Assembly (NCBI RefSeq): GCF_035539035.1
Contig: NZ_DATLJI010000013.1
Coordinates: forward strand, 44,743-108,742
Reading direction: 5' to 3'
DNA: 64,000 nucleotides
Source of the DNA: Phenylobacterium sp.
Lineage (GTDB): Bacteria > Pseudomonadota > Alphaproteobacteria > Caulobacterales > Caulobacteraceae
Below, piece after piece: positions 16,120 to 25,794 of the stretch (the stretch's first letter is position 1; every line of letters begins with the position of its first letter). The notes under the pieces are model-generated. The model was given only the letters and a program-made list of their open reading frames with translations, made no database searches and was not told where the DNA came from. The position numbers and the translations under genes are program-made.

Positions 16120-16766
16120 CCGCGCGCGGCGAGGCCTGCGGCGATCTCGGCGTTGAGGGCCTTCACCGCCGCGGCGGGGCCGTCGCCGTGGGACCAGACC
16201 CCGGCCGAGACGGCCAGGAAGTCGGCTCCGGCCGCGGCGAGGCCACGGGCGTTCTCCACCTTGATCCCGCCGATGGCGACGCAGGGGGTTTCCATGGTCT
16301 CCTGCCAGATGGTCAGGATCTCCGGGTCGGGATGGCCGATGGCCTCCTTGGTGGTGGTCGGGAAGAAGGCGCCGAAGGCGACATAGTCGGCGCCGGCCTC
16401 CGCGGCCTCCATAGCCAGGTGGCGGCTGTCGTGGCAGGTCACGCCGACCATGCGGTCCCTGCCGACGATCCGGCGGGCCTCGGCGTAAGGGGCGTCGTCC
16501 TGGCCCACGTGCACGCCGTCGCAGCCGAGCTTCGCCGTCAGGTCCGGGCGGTCGTTGAGGATCACCGCCACGCCGCGGGCATGCGCGATCGGCATGAGGA
16601 CGTCCACGGCCGCGGCCACGACCTCGTCGGGCTGGTCCTTCAGCCGGATCTGCAGGGCCGCCACGTCGTCCGCGTCCAGGGCGTGCGCCAGGACGTGTCC
16701 GAAGGCCGCCAGGTCGTCGAGCCTGGGCGGCGTGATCAGGTAGAGGCGGCAGAGCGGCGGGGTCAT
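16116..16766 (-). CDS. thiE: thiamine-phosphate synthase
   Basis: Motifs LYLITPP...LQIRLKD...[23 protein letters not shown]...[13 protein letters not shown]...VAIGGI. Confidence 0.85.
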   Translation of the reverse strand: MTPPLCRLYLITPPRLDDLAAFGHVLAHALDADDVAALQIRLKDQPDEVVAAAVDVLMPIAHARGVAVILNDRPDLTAKLGCDGVHVGQDDAPYAEARRIVGRDRMVGVTCHDSRHLAMEAAEAGADYVAFGAFFPTTTKEAIGHPDPEILTIWQETMETPCVAIGGIKVENARGLAAAGADFLAVSAGVWSHGDGPAAAVKALNAEIAAGLAARG

Positions 16767-16780
16767 GCGCGCCTAGAAGC

Positions 16781-16927
16781 CTATTTCAGCAGCGCCCTCA
16801 AGCCGTAGGCGACCAGGACGGTGGCGAGCGACGCGGCGACCGCCAGGCCGAAGAACCAGGCGAGCCGCTTCCAGAGCGGCGGCAGGGGCGCGCCGGGCTC
16901 GGGCGGCGGCTCAATGATAGCCGGCAT
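16781..16927 (-). CDS. DUF2474-like small membrane protein of cytochrome bd/CIO operons (48 aa, absent from ORF track)
   Basis: Hand translation gives MPAIIEPPPEPGAPLPPLWKRLAWFFGLAVAASLATVLVAYGLRALLK. The ATG at 16925-16927 overlaps the end of cydB (stop 16911-16913). It has a single TM segment and the position is typical for DUF2474. Confidence 0.6.
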   Translation of the reverse strand: MPAIIEPPPEPGAPLPPLWKRLAWFFGLAVAASLATVLVAYGLRALLK

Positions 16928-17939
16928 CGGCCGAGACCTTGCCGCGGAACACCCAGTAGACCCAGGCCGTGTAGCCGAGGATGGCCGGTAGCAGGATCAG
17001 CACGCCCACCAGCATGAAGCCGAGCGCGTTGTCGGGCGAGGCGGCGTCTCGGAAAGTCATGTCGTAGGGCACGATGTTGGGGAAGAAGCCGACCGCCAGG
17101 CCGAGGTAACCCGACAGGAAAACCAGGAAGGCGCCGAGGAAGGGCCAGCCGTGCGAGCGCCGCAGGAGGCCCACGACGAGGAGCGCCAGACCGGCGAGCC
17201 CGACCACCGGAATCGGGAAGAGCGCCAAGAGGCGGTCGGGGTCGAAGGCCCCGCCATCGAAGCCCCAGCGGCTGGCGACGCGCGGGTGGACGAAGAGGGT
17301 GGCGATGCTGACGGCGGCCAGCATGGCTGCGGTCATGGCGCCGGACGCCCAGGCCCAAAGGCGGGCGCGTCCGTGCAGCTCGTTCTCGGTCTTCCAGATC
17401 AGCCAGGTGGCGCCCAGCAGGGCGTAGCCGGCGACCAGGCCGACGGCCACGAGGATCGTGTAGGGCGTCAGCCAGTCGAACCGGCCGCCGGCGAACCGCC
17501 CGGCCTCGTCCAGCGTGACGCCCTGGATGAACCCGCCGAGGACGAAGCCCTGGGCGACGGTCGCGGTGATCGAGCCCACCGCGAAGGCCACGGTCCAGAA
17601 CTTCTTGCCGCGCCGGCGCCCGCGCAGGCGGAACTCGAACGCGACGCCGCGCAGGATCAGGGCCATCAGCATCAGGAGGATCGGGATGTAGAGCGCCGGC
17701 ATCAGGGCCGCGTAGGCGTAGGGGAAGGCGGCGAAGAGGCCGCCGCCGCCCAGCACCAGCCAGGTCTCGTTGCCGTCCCAGACGGGGGCGACGGAGTCCA
17801 TCATCACGTCACGGTCCGTGGGCGAGCCGGCGAACGGGAAGAGGATGCCGACGCCGAGGTCGAAGCCGTCCAGCAGGACGTACATCAGGACGCCGACGGC
17901 GATGACGGCCGCCCAGATCAGCGGCAGGTCGAGGTTCAT
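16911..17939 (-). CDS. cydB: cytochrome bd-type ubiquinol oxidase subunit II
   Basis: 342 aa. MNLDLPLIWAAVIAVGVLMYVLLDGFDLGVGILFP... matches CydB/CioB. ATGA overlap with subunit I. Confidence 0.9.
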   Translation of the reverse strand: MNLDLPLIWAAVIAVGVLMYVLLDGFDLGVGILFPFAGSPTDRDVMMDSVAPVWDGNETWLVLGGGGLFAAFPYAYAALMPALYIPILLMLMALILRGVAFEFRLRGRRRGKKFWTVAFAVGSITATVAQGFVLGGFIQGVTLDEAGRFAGGRFDWLTPYTILVAVGLVAGYALLGATWLIWKTENELHGRARLWAWASGAMTAAMLAAVSIATLFVHPRVASRWGFDGGAFDPDRLLALFPIPVVGLAGLALLVVGLLRRSHGWPFLGAFLVFLSGYLGLAVGFFPNIVPYDMTFRDAASPDNALGFMLVGVLILLPAILGYTAWVYWVFRGKVSADAGYH

Positions 17940-19348
17940 CGGCGGACCTCCTCATCCGGCGCATCGGGGGCGGCGCCCAGGGCGTAGCCGGGCGGGCGGG
18001 GCTTCAGCGGCGGCTCGGTGTCCTGGGCGGGGGTCGGCCTCGGACCCTCGGCGATCAGCCGCAGGATGTAGAGCGCGCCGACGGTGAAGACGATGGCGTA
18101 GACCACCATGAACGCCAGGAGAGAGGCCGAGACCTCGCCCGCGCCCACAGGGGAGACGGCGTCACGCGTCCTGAGCACGCCCGTCACCACCCAGGGCTGG
18201 CGGCCCACTTCGGCGACGATCCAGCCGGCGATCACGGCGACGAAGCCCGTGGGCGACATGGCGACGGCGGCCTTCAGGAACAGCGGGTGCTTCTCGGGAC
18301 CCCCGCCGCGCCAGATCAGCCAGACGCCCCAAAGCCCGAGGAGGATCATGGCGATGCCCAGGCCCACCATCACCCGGAAGGCCCAGAAGACGATAGCGAC
18401 CGGCGGGCGGTCCTCCGGCGCGAAGGACTTGAGCCCCTTGATCTCGGCGTCGGAGCGGCCGGCCGTGATCCAGCTGCCGATCTTGGGGATGGAGATCTCC
18501 CAATGGTTCTTCTCAGCCGCCCGGTCGGGCCAGGCGGCGATGTGGAAGGGCTGTTCGGTGCGGGTCTCCCAGAAGGCCTCGATGGCGGCCAGCTTGGCGG
18601 GCTGCACCTCCAGGACCTCCTTGCCCGACAGGTCGCCCACCAGGAGCTGCAGCGGGGCGACGATGGCGAACATGCCGATGGCCATCTTGAGCGCGATGCA
18701 GGACTCCTGGTCCTCGCGGTTCTTCAGGAGCCGCCAGGCCGAGGCGCCGCCGACCACCAGGGCGGTGGTCAGGAAGGCGGCCAGCAGCATGTGCGCCAGC
18801 CGCTCGGGGAAGGTGTCGGTGAACACCACCTGCCAATAGTCGGTGGCCCGAAGCGTGCCGTCGGTGAGGCGCTCGAAGCCCTGCGGAAACTGCATCCAGC
18901 TGTTGGCCGAGATGATCCAGAAGGCCGAGATGATGGTGCCGATGGCGACCAGGCTGGTGGCCGCGAAGTGCAGGCCCGGGCCCACCTTCTTCCAGCCGAA
19001 CAGCATGACGCCCAGGAAGCTCGCCTCGAGGAAGAAGGCGGTCAGCACCTCGAAGGCCAGCAGCGGCCCGATCACCGGCGAGGCCACGGCCGAGAAGACG
19101 CTCCAGTTGGTGCCGAGCTGGTAGCTCATCACCACGCCGGAGACGACGCCCATGCCGAAGGAGAGGGCGAAGATCTTGATCCAGAAGAGGTAGAGGGTCT
19201 TGAAAGCCTCGTTCTTCGTGGTCAGCCAGAGGCCTTCCAGCACCGCGAGATAGCTCGCCAGCCCGATCGTGAAGCTCGGGAAGATGATGTGGAACGCAAT
19301 GGTGAAGGCGAACTGCAGCCTCGAAAGAAGCAGTGCGTCGAATTCCAT
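17936..19348 (-). CDS. cydA: cytochrome bd-type ubiquinol oxidase subunit I (short Q-loop, CioA-like length)
   Basis: MEFDALLLSRLQFAFTIAFHIIFPSFTIGLASYLAVLEG... Start taken at the ATG at 19348 rather than track start 19423. At ~470 aa it is shorter than E. coli-type CydA. Confidence 0.9.
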   Translation of the reverse strand: MEFDALLLSRLQFAFTIAFHIIFPSFTIGLASYLAVLEGLWLTTKNEAFKTLYLFWIKIFALSFGMGVVSGVVMSYQLGTNWSVFSAVASPVIGPLLAFEVLTAFFLEASFLGVMLFGWKKVGPGLHFAATSLVAIGTIISAFWIISANSWMQFPQGFERLTDGTLRATDYWQVVFTDTFPERLAHMLLAAFLTTALVVGGASAWRLLKNREDQESCIALKMAIGMFAIVAPLQLLVGDLSGKEVLEVQPAKLAAIEAFWETRTEQPFHIAAWPDRAAEKNHWEISIPKIGSWITAGRSDAEIKGLKSFAPEDRPPVAIVFWAFRVMVGLGIAMILLGLWGVWLIWRGGGPEKHPLFLKAAVAMSPTGFVAVIAGWIVAEVGRQPWVVTGVLRTRDAVSPVGAGEVSASLLAFMVVYAIVFTVGALYILRLIAEGPRPTPAQDTEPPLKPRPPGYALGAAPDAPDEEVRR

Positions 19349-19459
19349 GCCTGGCCTCGAACGTCGCACCGGCGGACCGGCCACGAGTCTCCCGCTGCCA
19401 CAACGCACGAGACGCCGAAACAAGCCTTGCGACAGGACGCCGCATCCGGGCCTCTACGT

Positions 19460-19493
19460 AATTGCGAATGACTTGCAAACGCGTTCTCATTCG
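19460..19493. promoter_or_regulatory. Fur-box-like AT-rich imperfect palindrome upstream of bfd (shared spacer with cydA)
   Basis: tAATTGCGAATGACTTGCAAACGCGTTCTCATTCg contains GAATGA...TCATTC inverted hexamers and an ATTGCGAAT-G-ACTTGCAAA imperfect 19-mer. It lies 40-70 nt upstream of the bfd ATG. The assignment to Fur is inference. Confidence 0.35.
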
Positions 19494-19531
19494 GGTTAAG
19501 TCTTAGTCACCAGTCGAGGAACGGGCGGTCC

Positions 19532-19717
19532 ATGTACGTCTGCAACTGCAACGGCATCCGTGAGCGCGAGGTCCGCGCGGCGATCGCCGCCGGCGCGTCG
19601 CGGCCCGCGGAGATCTTCAAGGCCTGCGACAGCCGTCCCCAGTGCGCCCGCTGCGTCTGCGACATGCGCGAAATGCTCGAGAGCGAGCGCGAGATGCTCC
19701 GCTACGCGGCCGAATAG
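19532..19717 (+). CDS. bfd: bacterioferritin-associated ferredoxin, (2Fe-2S)-binding
   Basis: [18 protein letters not shown]...[18 protein letters not shown]: the CxC...CxxC Bfd pattern, 61 aa. Confidence 0.85.
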   Translation: MYVCNCNGIREREVRAAIAAGASRPAEIFKACDSRPQCARCVCDMREMLESEREMLRYAAE

Positions 19718-19830
19718 CCGGGGCCTGGTGGCCTTTCGGCGAGCGCAACTCAGTCGCAAACTTTGGCTTTGACTCCGCGAGGGGCGGGTACGAGGGTCCG
19801 CGCCGTTCACGATTTCAGCGGAGGCTTCCC

Positions 19831-20313
19831 GTGCAGGGCGACAAGGCGATCATCCGGCTGCTCAACCAGGTGCTCACCAACGAGCTGACCGCGGTCAACC
19901 AGTACTTCCTGCACGCGCGGATGTACGAGAACTGGGGTCTCAAGCGCCTCGGCAAGATCACCTACGACGAGTCGATCGGCGAGATGAAACACGCCGACCT
20001 GCTGATCAAGCGCATCCTGTTCCTGGACGGCCTGCCCAACCTGCAGGACCTGCACAAGCTGAAGATCGGCGAGACGGTGGGCGAATGCCTGGCCTCGGAC
20101 CTGGAGGTCGAGGTGGGCGGGCGCTCGGTGCTCGTCGACGGCGTGAAGCAGTGCGAACTGGCGCAGGACTATGTGAGCCGCGAGATCCTCACCGAAATCC
20201 TCGTCGACACCGAGGAGCACATCGATTTCCTCGAGACCCAGCTTGGCCTCTTGAAGAGCCTGGGTGAGCAGAACTACCTGCAGAGCGCCATGGGCGAGCT
20301 CCCGGACAGCTGA
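19831..20313 (+). CDS. bfr: bacterioferritin
   Basis: GTG start after GCGGAGG. (M)[69 protein letters not shown] is a canonical Bfr N-terminus. Track ORF 19642..20313 is N-terminally over-extended. Confidence 0.9.
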   Translation: MQGDKAIIRLLNQVLTNELTAVNQYFLHARMYENWGLKRLGKITYDESIGEMKHADLLIKRILFLDGLPNLQDLHKLKIGETVGECLASDLEVEVGGRSVLVDGVKQCELAQDYVSREILTEILVDTEEHIDFLETQLGLLKSLGEQNYLQSAMGELPDS

Positions 20314-20369
20314 GCCGGAACCGAGCCGGCGCCCGTGGATTAGGTCGCGAGACGTCAGGGAGGCCCGCC

Positions 20370-20840
20370 ATGCTTGAGAACGCCCACGCGCCCGCGAGGG
20401 GGCGGCCGCTTGCGCAGGACGTGCTGACGGGCCTGGCGCTCACCGCCGGGGCCGTGGCGGTCTCCGCCGTGCTCGCCAAGGCCTTCTCGCCGCCCGAGGA
20501 CTATCCGGAAGCCTATTCCGACTACGAGGATCCCAACCCGCCGGAGCCGGCGGCGGCCACGCCCCGGCGCACCCTGTTCGGCGTGCTCTGGCCGCCGCTG
20601 TTCCTGGCGCTCACCCTGTCGGGCCTGCGCATCTGGAGCGCGCCGCGGGGACCTGCAAGGACCCAGGCCCTGACCCTGTGGGCGATGGCCCAGGCGCTCA
20701 ACACCGTCTGGATGGCCTTCGGGCCGCGGCGGCTGGGCGGCCAGGTGGCGTCCACCGTGGCCTCGATCGGCGCGGCCGGCGCCTACGCCATCCGCGCCCG
20801 CCGGGTCGACCCCGCGGCCAGTCGCGCGACGATGCACTGA
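20370..20840 (+). CDS. membrane protein with partial TspO/MBR-like similarity (divergent, short)
   Basis: LFGVLWPPLFLALTLSGLRIW...QALTLWAMAQALNTVWMAFGPRRLGGQVAS resembles TspO helices 2-4 (PP.W.FP..W..LY...AL..Y..QL..N..W...FF). The N-terminus is an acidic Pro-rich linker, and the last helices seem to be missing. SD AGGGAGG lies before the ATG. Confidence 0.4.
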   Translation: MLENAHAPARGRPLAQDVLTGLALTAGAVAVSAVLAKAFSPPEDYPEAYSDYEDPNPPEPAAATPRRTLFGVLWPPLFLALTLSGLRIWSAPRGPARTQALTLWAMAQALNTVWMAFGPRRLGGQVASTVASIGAAGAYAIRARRVDPAASRATMH

Positions 20841-20845
20841 GCCGT

Positions 20846-21091
20846 TTACCAGCGGTCGCGATCGACCCGGTCGTCGTAGCCGTGGTTGGCGGAATAGAAG
20901 GCGAGCCACATCAGGAAGCCGGCCAGGGCGGCGACCACGAGGACGCCGCCGACCACATAGGGCCAGATGGGGCCCAGGCTCGCCCAGCCGCCGCCGATCT
21001 CCGAGGCGGCGAAGAACGCCCAGCCGGCGAACACCGCAAACGCGGCGAGGCCCAGGAAGGCCAGCCCCAGGACGACGGCGTGTTTCCCCAT
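20846..21091 (-). CDS. small hydrophobic membrane protein, unknown function
   Basis: 81 aa with 2-3 TM segments (MGKHAVVLGLAFLGLAAFAVFAGWAFF...) and codon usage consistent with its neighbours. No recognisable family. Confidence 0.45.
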   Translation of the reverse strand: MGKHAVVLGLAFLGLAAFAVFAGWAFFAASEIGGGWASLGPIWPYVVGGVLVVAALAGFLMWLAFYSANHGYDDRVDRDRW

Positions 21092-21137
21092 GGACGGGCA
21101 ACCGGCGCGCCGTCGCGGAAGTTCCTCAAATGAGGAT

Positions 21138-21161
21138 CTCTCCCCGCCGGGGCGGGGAGAG
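21138..21161 (-). terminator. GC-rich hairpin downstream of aldolase gene
   Basis: CTCTCCCCGCC-gg-GGCGGGGAGAG stem immediately after the stop at 21171. The T-tract on the minus strand is weak (ATCCTCATTTG). Confidence 0.45.
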
Positions 21162-21170
21162 GAAAGGGCC

Positions 21171-22193
21171 TCAGGCCGCCTTCTCGAGGGCGCCTTCCCA
21201 TTGGCCGACGCTGGCCAGGCCGTTCATCCTGGCCCGGTGGGCGAAGGCGCGCTGGGCAGCGGCGATGTTCTCGGACTTCCCGGACCAGGCCTTCTGCGGC
21301 GCCGCCTGCAGGGCCCGGCCGTAGGAGAAGGTCATCTTCCAGGGGAAGCCGCCGATCTTGTTCATCGCGTCGAGGTGGGCCGTGGCCTCCTCGTCGCTCT
21401 GGCCGCCCGACAGGTAGGCGATGCCCGGCACCGCCGACGGCACGGTCGCCTTCAGCGCCGCGATGGTGCGATGCGCCACCTCGTCCACCGACGCGCGCTT
21501 CGTGCACTTCTTGCCGCAGACGACCATGTTCGGCTTCAGCACCATGCCTTCCAGGGCCACGCGCTGTTCGAACAGCTCTTGGAACACGGTGGAGAGCACC
21601 CACCGGGTGACCTCGTCGCAGCGGTCGATGTCGTGGGCGCCGTCCATCAGGATCTCGGGCTCGACGATCGGCACGATCTGGCTCGCCTGGCAGATGGCCG
21701 CGTAGCGCGCCAGGGCGTGGGCGTTGGCCTTCACCGCGCCCCAGGTGGGGATGCCGTCGGCGATGTCGATCACCGCGCGCCACTTGGCGAAGCGGGCGCC
21801 GCGCTCATAGTCCTTCTTCAGCCGGTCGCCGAGGCCGTCGAGGCCCTCGGTGATCGTCTCGCCCGGGAAGCCGGGGAGGGGCTTGGCGCCCTTGTCCACC
21901 TTGATGCCCGGCACGGAGCCGGCCTGGGTGATCAGGTCCACCAGCGGCGTGCCGTCGGCGGCGTTCTGGTAGAGGGTCTCCTCGAACAGGATCACGCCCG
22001 AGATGTGGTCGCGCATGGTCTCGGTCGCGCGGAACAGCAGCTCGCGGTAGTCGCGGCGGTTCTGTTCGGTGTTCTCGACGCCGATGGCGTCGAAGCGCTT
22101 CTGGATCGTGCCGGTGCTTTCGTCCGCCGCCAGGATGCCCTTGCCGGGCGTCACCATCTTCTCGGCGATTTCGTTCAGAGCCGCGAGATTCAT
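21171..22193 (-). CDS. fba: fructose-bisphosphate aldolase, class I
   Basis: MNLAALNEIAEKMVTPGKGILAADESTGTIQKRFDAIGVENTEQNRRDYRELLF is the class I (Schiff-base) aldolase N-terminus. Start is the ATG at 22193. Confidence 0.9.
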   Translation of the reverse strand: MNLAALNEIAEKMVTPGKGILAADESTGTIQKRFDAIGVENTEQNRRDYRELLFRATETMRDHISGVILFEETLYQNAADGTPLVDLITQAGSVPGIKVDKGAKPLPGFPGETITEGLDGLGDRLKKDYERGARFAKWRAVIDIADGIPTWGAVKANAHALARYAAICQASQIVPIVEPEILMDGAHDIDRCDEVTRWVLSTVFQELFEQRVALEGMVLKPNMVVCGKKCTKRASVDEVAHRTIAALKATVPSAVPGIAYLSGGQSDEEATAHLDAMNKIGGFPWKMTFSYGRALQAAPQKAWSGKSENIAAAQRAFAHRARMNGLASVGQWEGALEKAA

Positions 22194-22207
22194 CACTTCC
22201 CCACTCG

Positions 22208-23407
22208 TTATTGAGACAGGGCCGCCACTCCGGGCAGCTCCTTGCCTTCCATCCATTCCAAGAACGCACCGCCCGCCGTTGAGACGAAGGTGAAGTCGTC
22301 CACGACGCCGGCCGCGTTGAGGGCGGCGACCGTATCACCCCCGCCCGCCACCGCCACGAGCTCGCCGGACCTGGCGAGCCGTGCGGCCTCCTGCGCAGCT
22401 TGAACGGTCGCCTTGTCAAAGGGTTGCACTTCGAAGACGCCGAGCGGGCCGTTCCAGATCAGGGTCTTCGACTGGCGCATGGCACCGAGGATCTCGGCCA
22501 CGGTCTCGGGACCGGCGTCGAAGATCTTGCGGGCCTCGCCGAGCGGCGTGTCCTTCGAGAGCTTCACCACCTCGCTCGCCGCGCCGGGCTTCAGGTCCTC
22601 GGCCACGACCACGTCGACCGGCAGGATGATCCGGCAACCGGCGGCTTCGGCCTTTTTCAGGATCTCGCGGGCGGTGTCGGCCATGTCCTTTTCGCAGAGC
22701 GAGCCGCCGACGTCGTAGCCCTGGGCGTACTGGAAGGTGTTGGCCATGCCGCCGCCGATGGCGAGGTACTGCAGCCGGCCCACCAGGTTGTTCAGGAGGT
22801 CGAGCTTGGTGGAGACCTTGGCGCCGCCGACGATGCCCATCACCGGCCGCTCGGGCTTGCCCAGGGCCATGTCGAGGGCTTCCAGCTCCCGCCGCATCTG
22901 CTCGCCCGCATAGGCCGGCATGAGCCGCGCCAGGCCCTCGGTGGAGGCGTGCGCCCGGTGGGCGGCCGAGAAGGCGTCGTTGACGTAGAGGTCGCCGTTG
23001 GCGGCCAGGGCCTTGGCGAATTCCGGTTCGTTCTTCTCCTCGCCCGCCTCGTAGCGGACGTTCTCCAGCAGCAGCACGCCGCCGGCCGGGAGGGCGTCCA
23101 CGGCGGCCTTGGCCGCCTCGCCGGAGCAGTCGTCGGCGAAGGCCACCGGCGCGCCGAGCAGCTTCGAGAGCGGCTCGACCACCGGCTTCAGGCTCATCTC
23201 CGGCACGCGCTTGCCCTTCGGCCGGTCAAAGTGGGCCAGCAGGACGACCTTCGCGCCGCCCTTGCGCAGCTTCTCGATGGTCGGCAGGGCCGCGCGCAGC
23301 CGGGTGTCGTCGGTCACACGGCCGTCCGCCATCGGGACGTTGAAGTCGACGCGGACCAGTGCGCGCCGGCCCTGGAGTTCGGCGTCGTCGAGGGTGCGGA
23401 AGGCCAT
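22208..23407 (-). CDS. pgk: phosphoglycerate kinase
   Basis: 399 aa. Motifs RVDFNVPM...[12 protein letters not shown] and GGGDTVAA. Confidence 0.95.
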   Translation of the reverse strand: MAFRTLDDAELQGRRALVRVDFNVPMADGRVTDDTRLRAALPTIEKLRKGGAKVVLLAHFDRPKGKRVPEMSLKPVVEPLSKLLGAPVAFADDCSGEAAKAAVDALPAGGVLLLENVRYEAGEEKNEPEFAKALAANGDLYVNDAFSAAHRAHASTEGLARLMPAYAGEQMRRELEALDMALGKPERPVMGIVGGAKVSTKLDLLNNLVGRLQYLAIGGGMANTFQYAQGYDVGGSLCEKDMADTAREILKKAEAAGCRIILPVDVVVAEDLKPGAASEVVKLSKDTPLGEARKIFDAGPETVAEILGAMRQSKTLIWNGPLGVFEVQPFDKATVQAAQEAARLARSGELVAVAGGGDTVAALNAAGVVDDFTFVSTAGGAFLEWMEGKELPGVAALSQ

Positions 23408-23417
23408 CGTCGCGGTC

Positions 23418-24425
23418 TTAGAGGTACTTCGCCATGTGGACGGCGGTGTCGCTCATCCGGGTCGAGAAGCCCCACTCGTTGTCGTACCAGGAGAGCACGC
23501 GGGCGAGCTGGCCCTCGATCACCTGGGTCTGCGGCAGGGCGACGGTGGACGAGGCGGGGTTGTGGTTGAAGTCCATGGAGACCAGCGGCTCGTGAGTCAC
23601 CGCCAGGACGCCCTTCAGCGGGCCGTTCGCGGCGGCCTCGAGGGCGGCGTTGATCTCGTCCTTGGTCACCGAGCGGCCCGGCACGAACTTCAGGTCGACG
23701 ACCGAGACGTTCGGGGTCGGCACGCGGATCGAGGAGCCGTCCAGCTTGCCGGTCAGCGCCGGGATCACCAGGCCCAGCGCCTTGGCCGCGCCGGTGGAGG
23801 TGGGGATCATGGACATGGCCGCGGCGCGGGCGCGGTAGAGGTCCTTGTGCATGGTGTCCAGCGTCGGCTGGTCGCCCGTGTAGGAGTGGATCGTGGTCAT
23901 GTAGCCACGCTCGATCCCGCAGAGGTCCTGCAGCACCTTGGCCACCGGCGCCAGGCAGTTGGTGGTGCACGAGGCGTTGGAGATGATGGTGTCGTCGGCG
24001 GACAGGGTGTCGTGGTTCACGCCGTAGACGATGGTCTTGTCGACGCCGTCGCCGGGGGCCGAGATGATCACCCGCTTGGCGCCGGCCTCCAGGTGGGCGG
24101 CGGCCTTGTCGCGGGCGGTGAACAGGCCGGTGCACTCGAGCGCGATGTCCACGCCCAGGTCCTTGTGCGGCAGCTCGGCCGGATTGCGGATCGCGGTGAC
24201 CTTGATCTTGCCCCGGCCGACGTCGATCGTGTCGCCGTCCACCGTCACGGATTGCGGGAAGCGGCCGTGGACGCTGTCGTAGCGCAGCAGGTGGGCGTTG
24301 GTCTCCACCGGGCCCAGGTCGTTGATGGCCACGACCTCGATGTCCGTCCGCCCATGTTCGACGATCGACCGCAGGACCAGGCGGCCGATGCGACCGAAAC
24401 CGTTGATGGCGACGCGAACGGGCAT
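23418..24425 (-). CDS. gap: type I glyceraldehyde-3-phosphate dehydrogenase
   Basis: Motifs [19 protein letters not shown] and [17 protein letters not shown]. Confidence 0.95.
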   Translation of the reverse strand: MPVRVAINGFGRIGRLVLRSIVEHGRTDIEVVAINDLGPVETNAHLLRYDSVHGRFPQSVTVDGDTIDVGRGKIKVTAIRNPAELPHKDLGVDIALECTGLFTARDKAAAHLEAGAKRVIISAPGDGVDKTIVYGVNHDTLSADDTIISNASCTTNCLAPVAKVLQDLCGIERGYMTTIHSYTGDQPTLDTMHKDLYRARAAAMSMIPTSTGAAKALGLVIPALTGKLDGSSIRVPTPNVSVVDLKFVPGRSVTKDEINAALEAAANGPLKGVLAVTHEPLVSMDFNHNPASSTVALPQTQVIEGQLARVLSWYDNEWGFSTRMSDTAVHMAKYL

Positions 24426-24597
24426 GGGGAGGACCTCCTTGGCGGCCTAAGGGCGTGATTGCGGGGCGTTCTTTCGGTCGCCGACAGCCAAGTCAACCCC
24501 TGGCGGGGTCAACTCTGGCGCCGCTTTGTGACCGACACCGCTGTCATCCCGCGAACAGGGGCTCAATCCATGAAACCGCGGATCGTGCCCCGGAAAA

Positions 24598-25794
24598 TCA
24601 GCCGCGGACCGGCTTGACCTTGCCGGCGGCCTGCCGGGCCCGTTCGCGAGCCTCCTCGACGTTCCCGCCGCGGGCCACGGCGACGCCCATCCGCCGGCGC
24701 TCGAAGCTCTCCGGCTTGCCGAACAGGCGCAGGTCGGCGCCCGGCACGGAAAGGGCGTCGGCGACGCCCTCGAAGGCGATGCCCGTGGCCTCCATGCCGC
24801 CGTAGATCACCGCGCTGGCGCCCGGCTCCTTCAGGCGCGTGTCCACCGGCAGGCCGAGGATGGCGCGGGCGTGCAGCTTGAACTCGCTCATCTGCTGGCT
24901 GACCAGGGTGACGAGGCCGGTGTCGTGCGGGCGCGGGCTGACCTCGCTGAACCACACCTCATTGCCCTTCACGAACAGTTCGACGCCGAAGATCCCCAGG
25001 CCGCCCAGGGCCTCGGTGACCGCGCGGCTGATCTCCCGCGCCTTCTTCAGCGCCGGCGGGCTCATGCCCTGCGGCTGCCAGCTCTCGACGTAGTCGCCCT
25101 TCACCTGCCGGTGGCCGATGGGGTCGCAGAAGCTGGTGACCACCTCGCCGTGGACCAGGCTGCGCACGGTGAGCTGGGTGATCTCGAAGTCGAAGTCCAC
25201 GCGGCTCTCGACGATGACCCGGGGCTGCTCCACGCGGCCGCCCTCGAGGGCGTAGCGCCAGGCTTCGGCGATCTGCTCGGGACCTTCCACATAGGACTGG
25301 CCCTTGCCCGACGAGCTCATCACCGGCTTCACGAAGCAGGGAAAGCCGGTCACCTCGGCCGCCGCCTGGGCGAGTTCCGCCTCCGTGGAGGCGAAGGCGT
25401 AGGCGCTGGTGGGCAGGCCGAGCTCCTCGGCGGCCAGCCGGCGGATGCCTTCGCGGTTCATCGTCAGCTGGGCGGCGCGGGCGGTGGGGATGACGGTCGC
25501 CAGCCCCTCGGCCTCGATCTTCACCAACTCGTCGGTGGCGATGGCCTCAATCTCCGGCACGATCAGGTGCGGCCGCTCCTGCTCGACCAGGGCCCGCAGC
25601 GCGGCTCCGTCTGTCATGGCGATGACATGCGACCGGTGCGCCACCTGCTGGGCCGGCGCGTCCGGATAGCGGTCGACCGCAATCACCTCGCAGCCCAGCC
25701 GCTGCAGCTCGATGGCGACCTCCTTGCCGAGCTCGCCCGAGCCCAGCAGCATCACCCTGACCGCGGTGGGCGAGAGCGGCGTGCCCAGGCGCAT
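24598..25794 (-). CDS. purT: formate-dependent phosphoribosylglycinamide formyltransferase
   Basis: [60 protein letters not shown]..., 398 aa. It is the C-terminal part of artefactual track ORF 24598..27453. Its ATG overlaps the tkt stop (TGATG). Confidence 0.9.
   Translation of the reverse strand: MRLGTPLSPTAVRVMLLGSGELGKEVAIELQRLGCEVIAVDRYPDAPAQQVAHRSHVIAMTDGAALRALVEQERPHLIVPEIEAIATDELVKIEAEGLATVIPTARAAQLTMNREGIRRLAAEELGLPTSAYAFASTEAELAQAAAEVTGFPCFVKPVMSSSGKGQSYVEGPEQIAEAWRYALEGGRVEQPRVIVESRVDFDFEITQLTVRSLVHGEVVTSFCDPIGHRQVKGDYVESWQPQGMSPPALKKAREISRAVTEALGGLGIFGVELFVKGNEVWFSEVSPRPHDTGLVTLVSQQMSEFKLHARAILGLPVDTRLKEPGASAVIYGGMEATGIAFEGVADALSVPGADLRLFGKPESFERRRMGVAVARGGNVEEARERARQAAGKVKPVRG

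Noticed and set aside
16767-16780. Search for a TPP riboswitch upstream of thiE.
   Set aside because: Only 14 nt separate thiE from the preceding small ORF, which leaves no room for a THI element.
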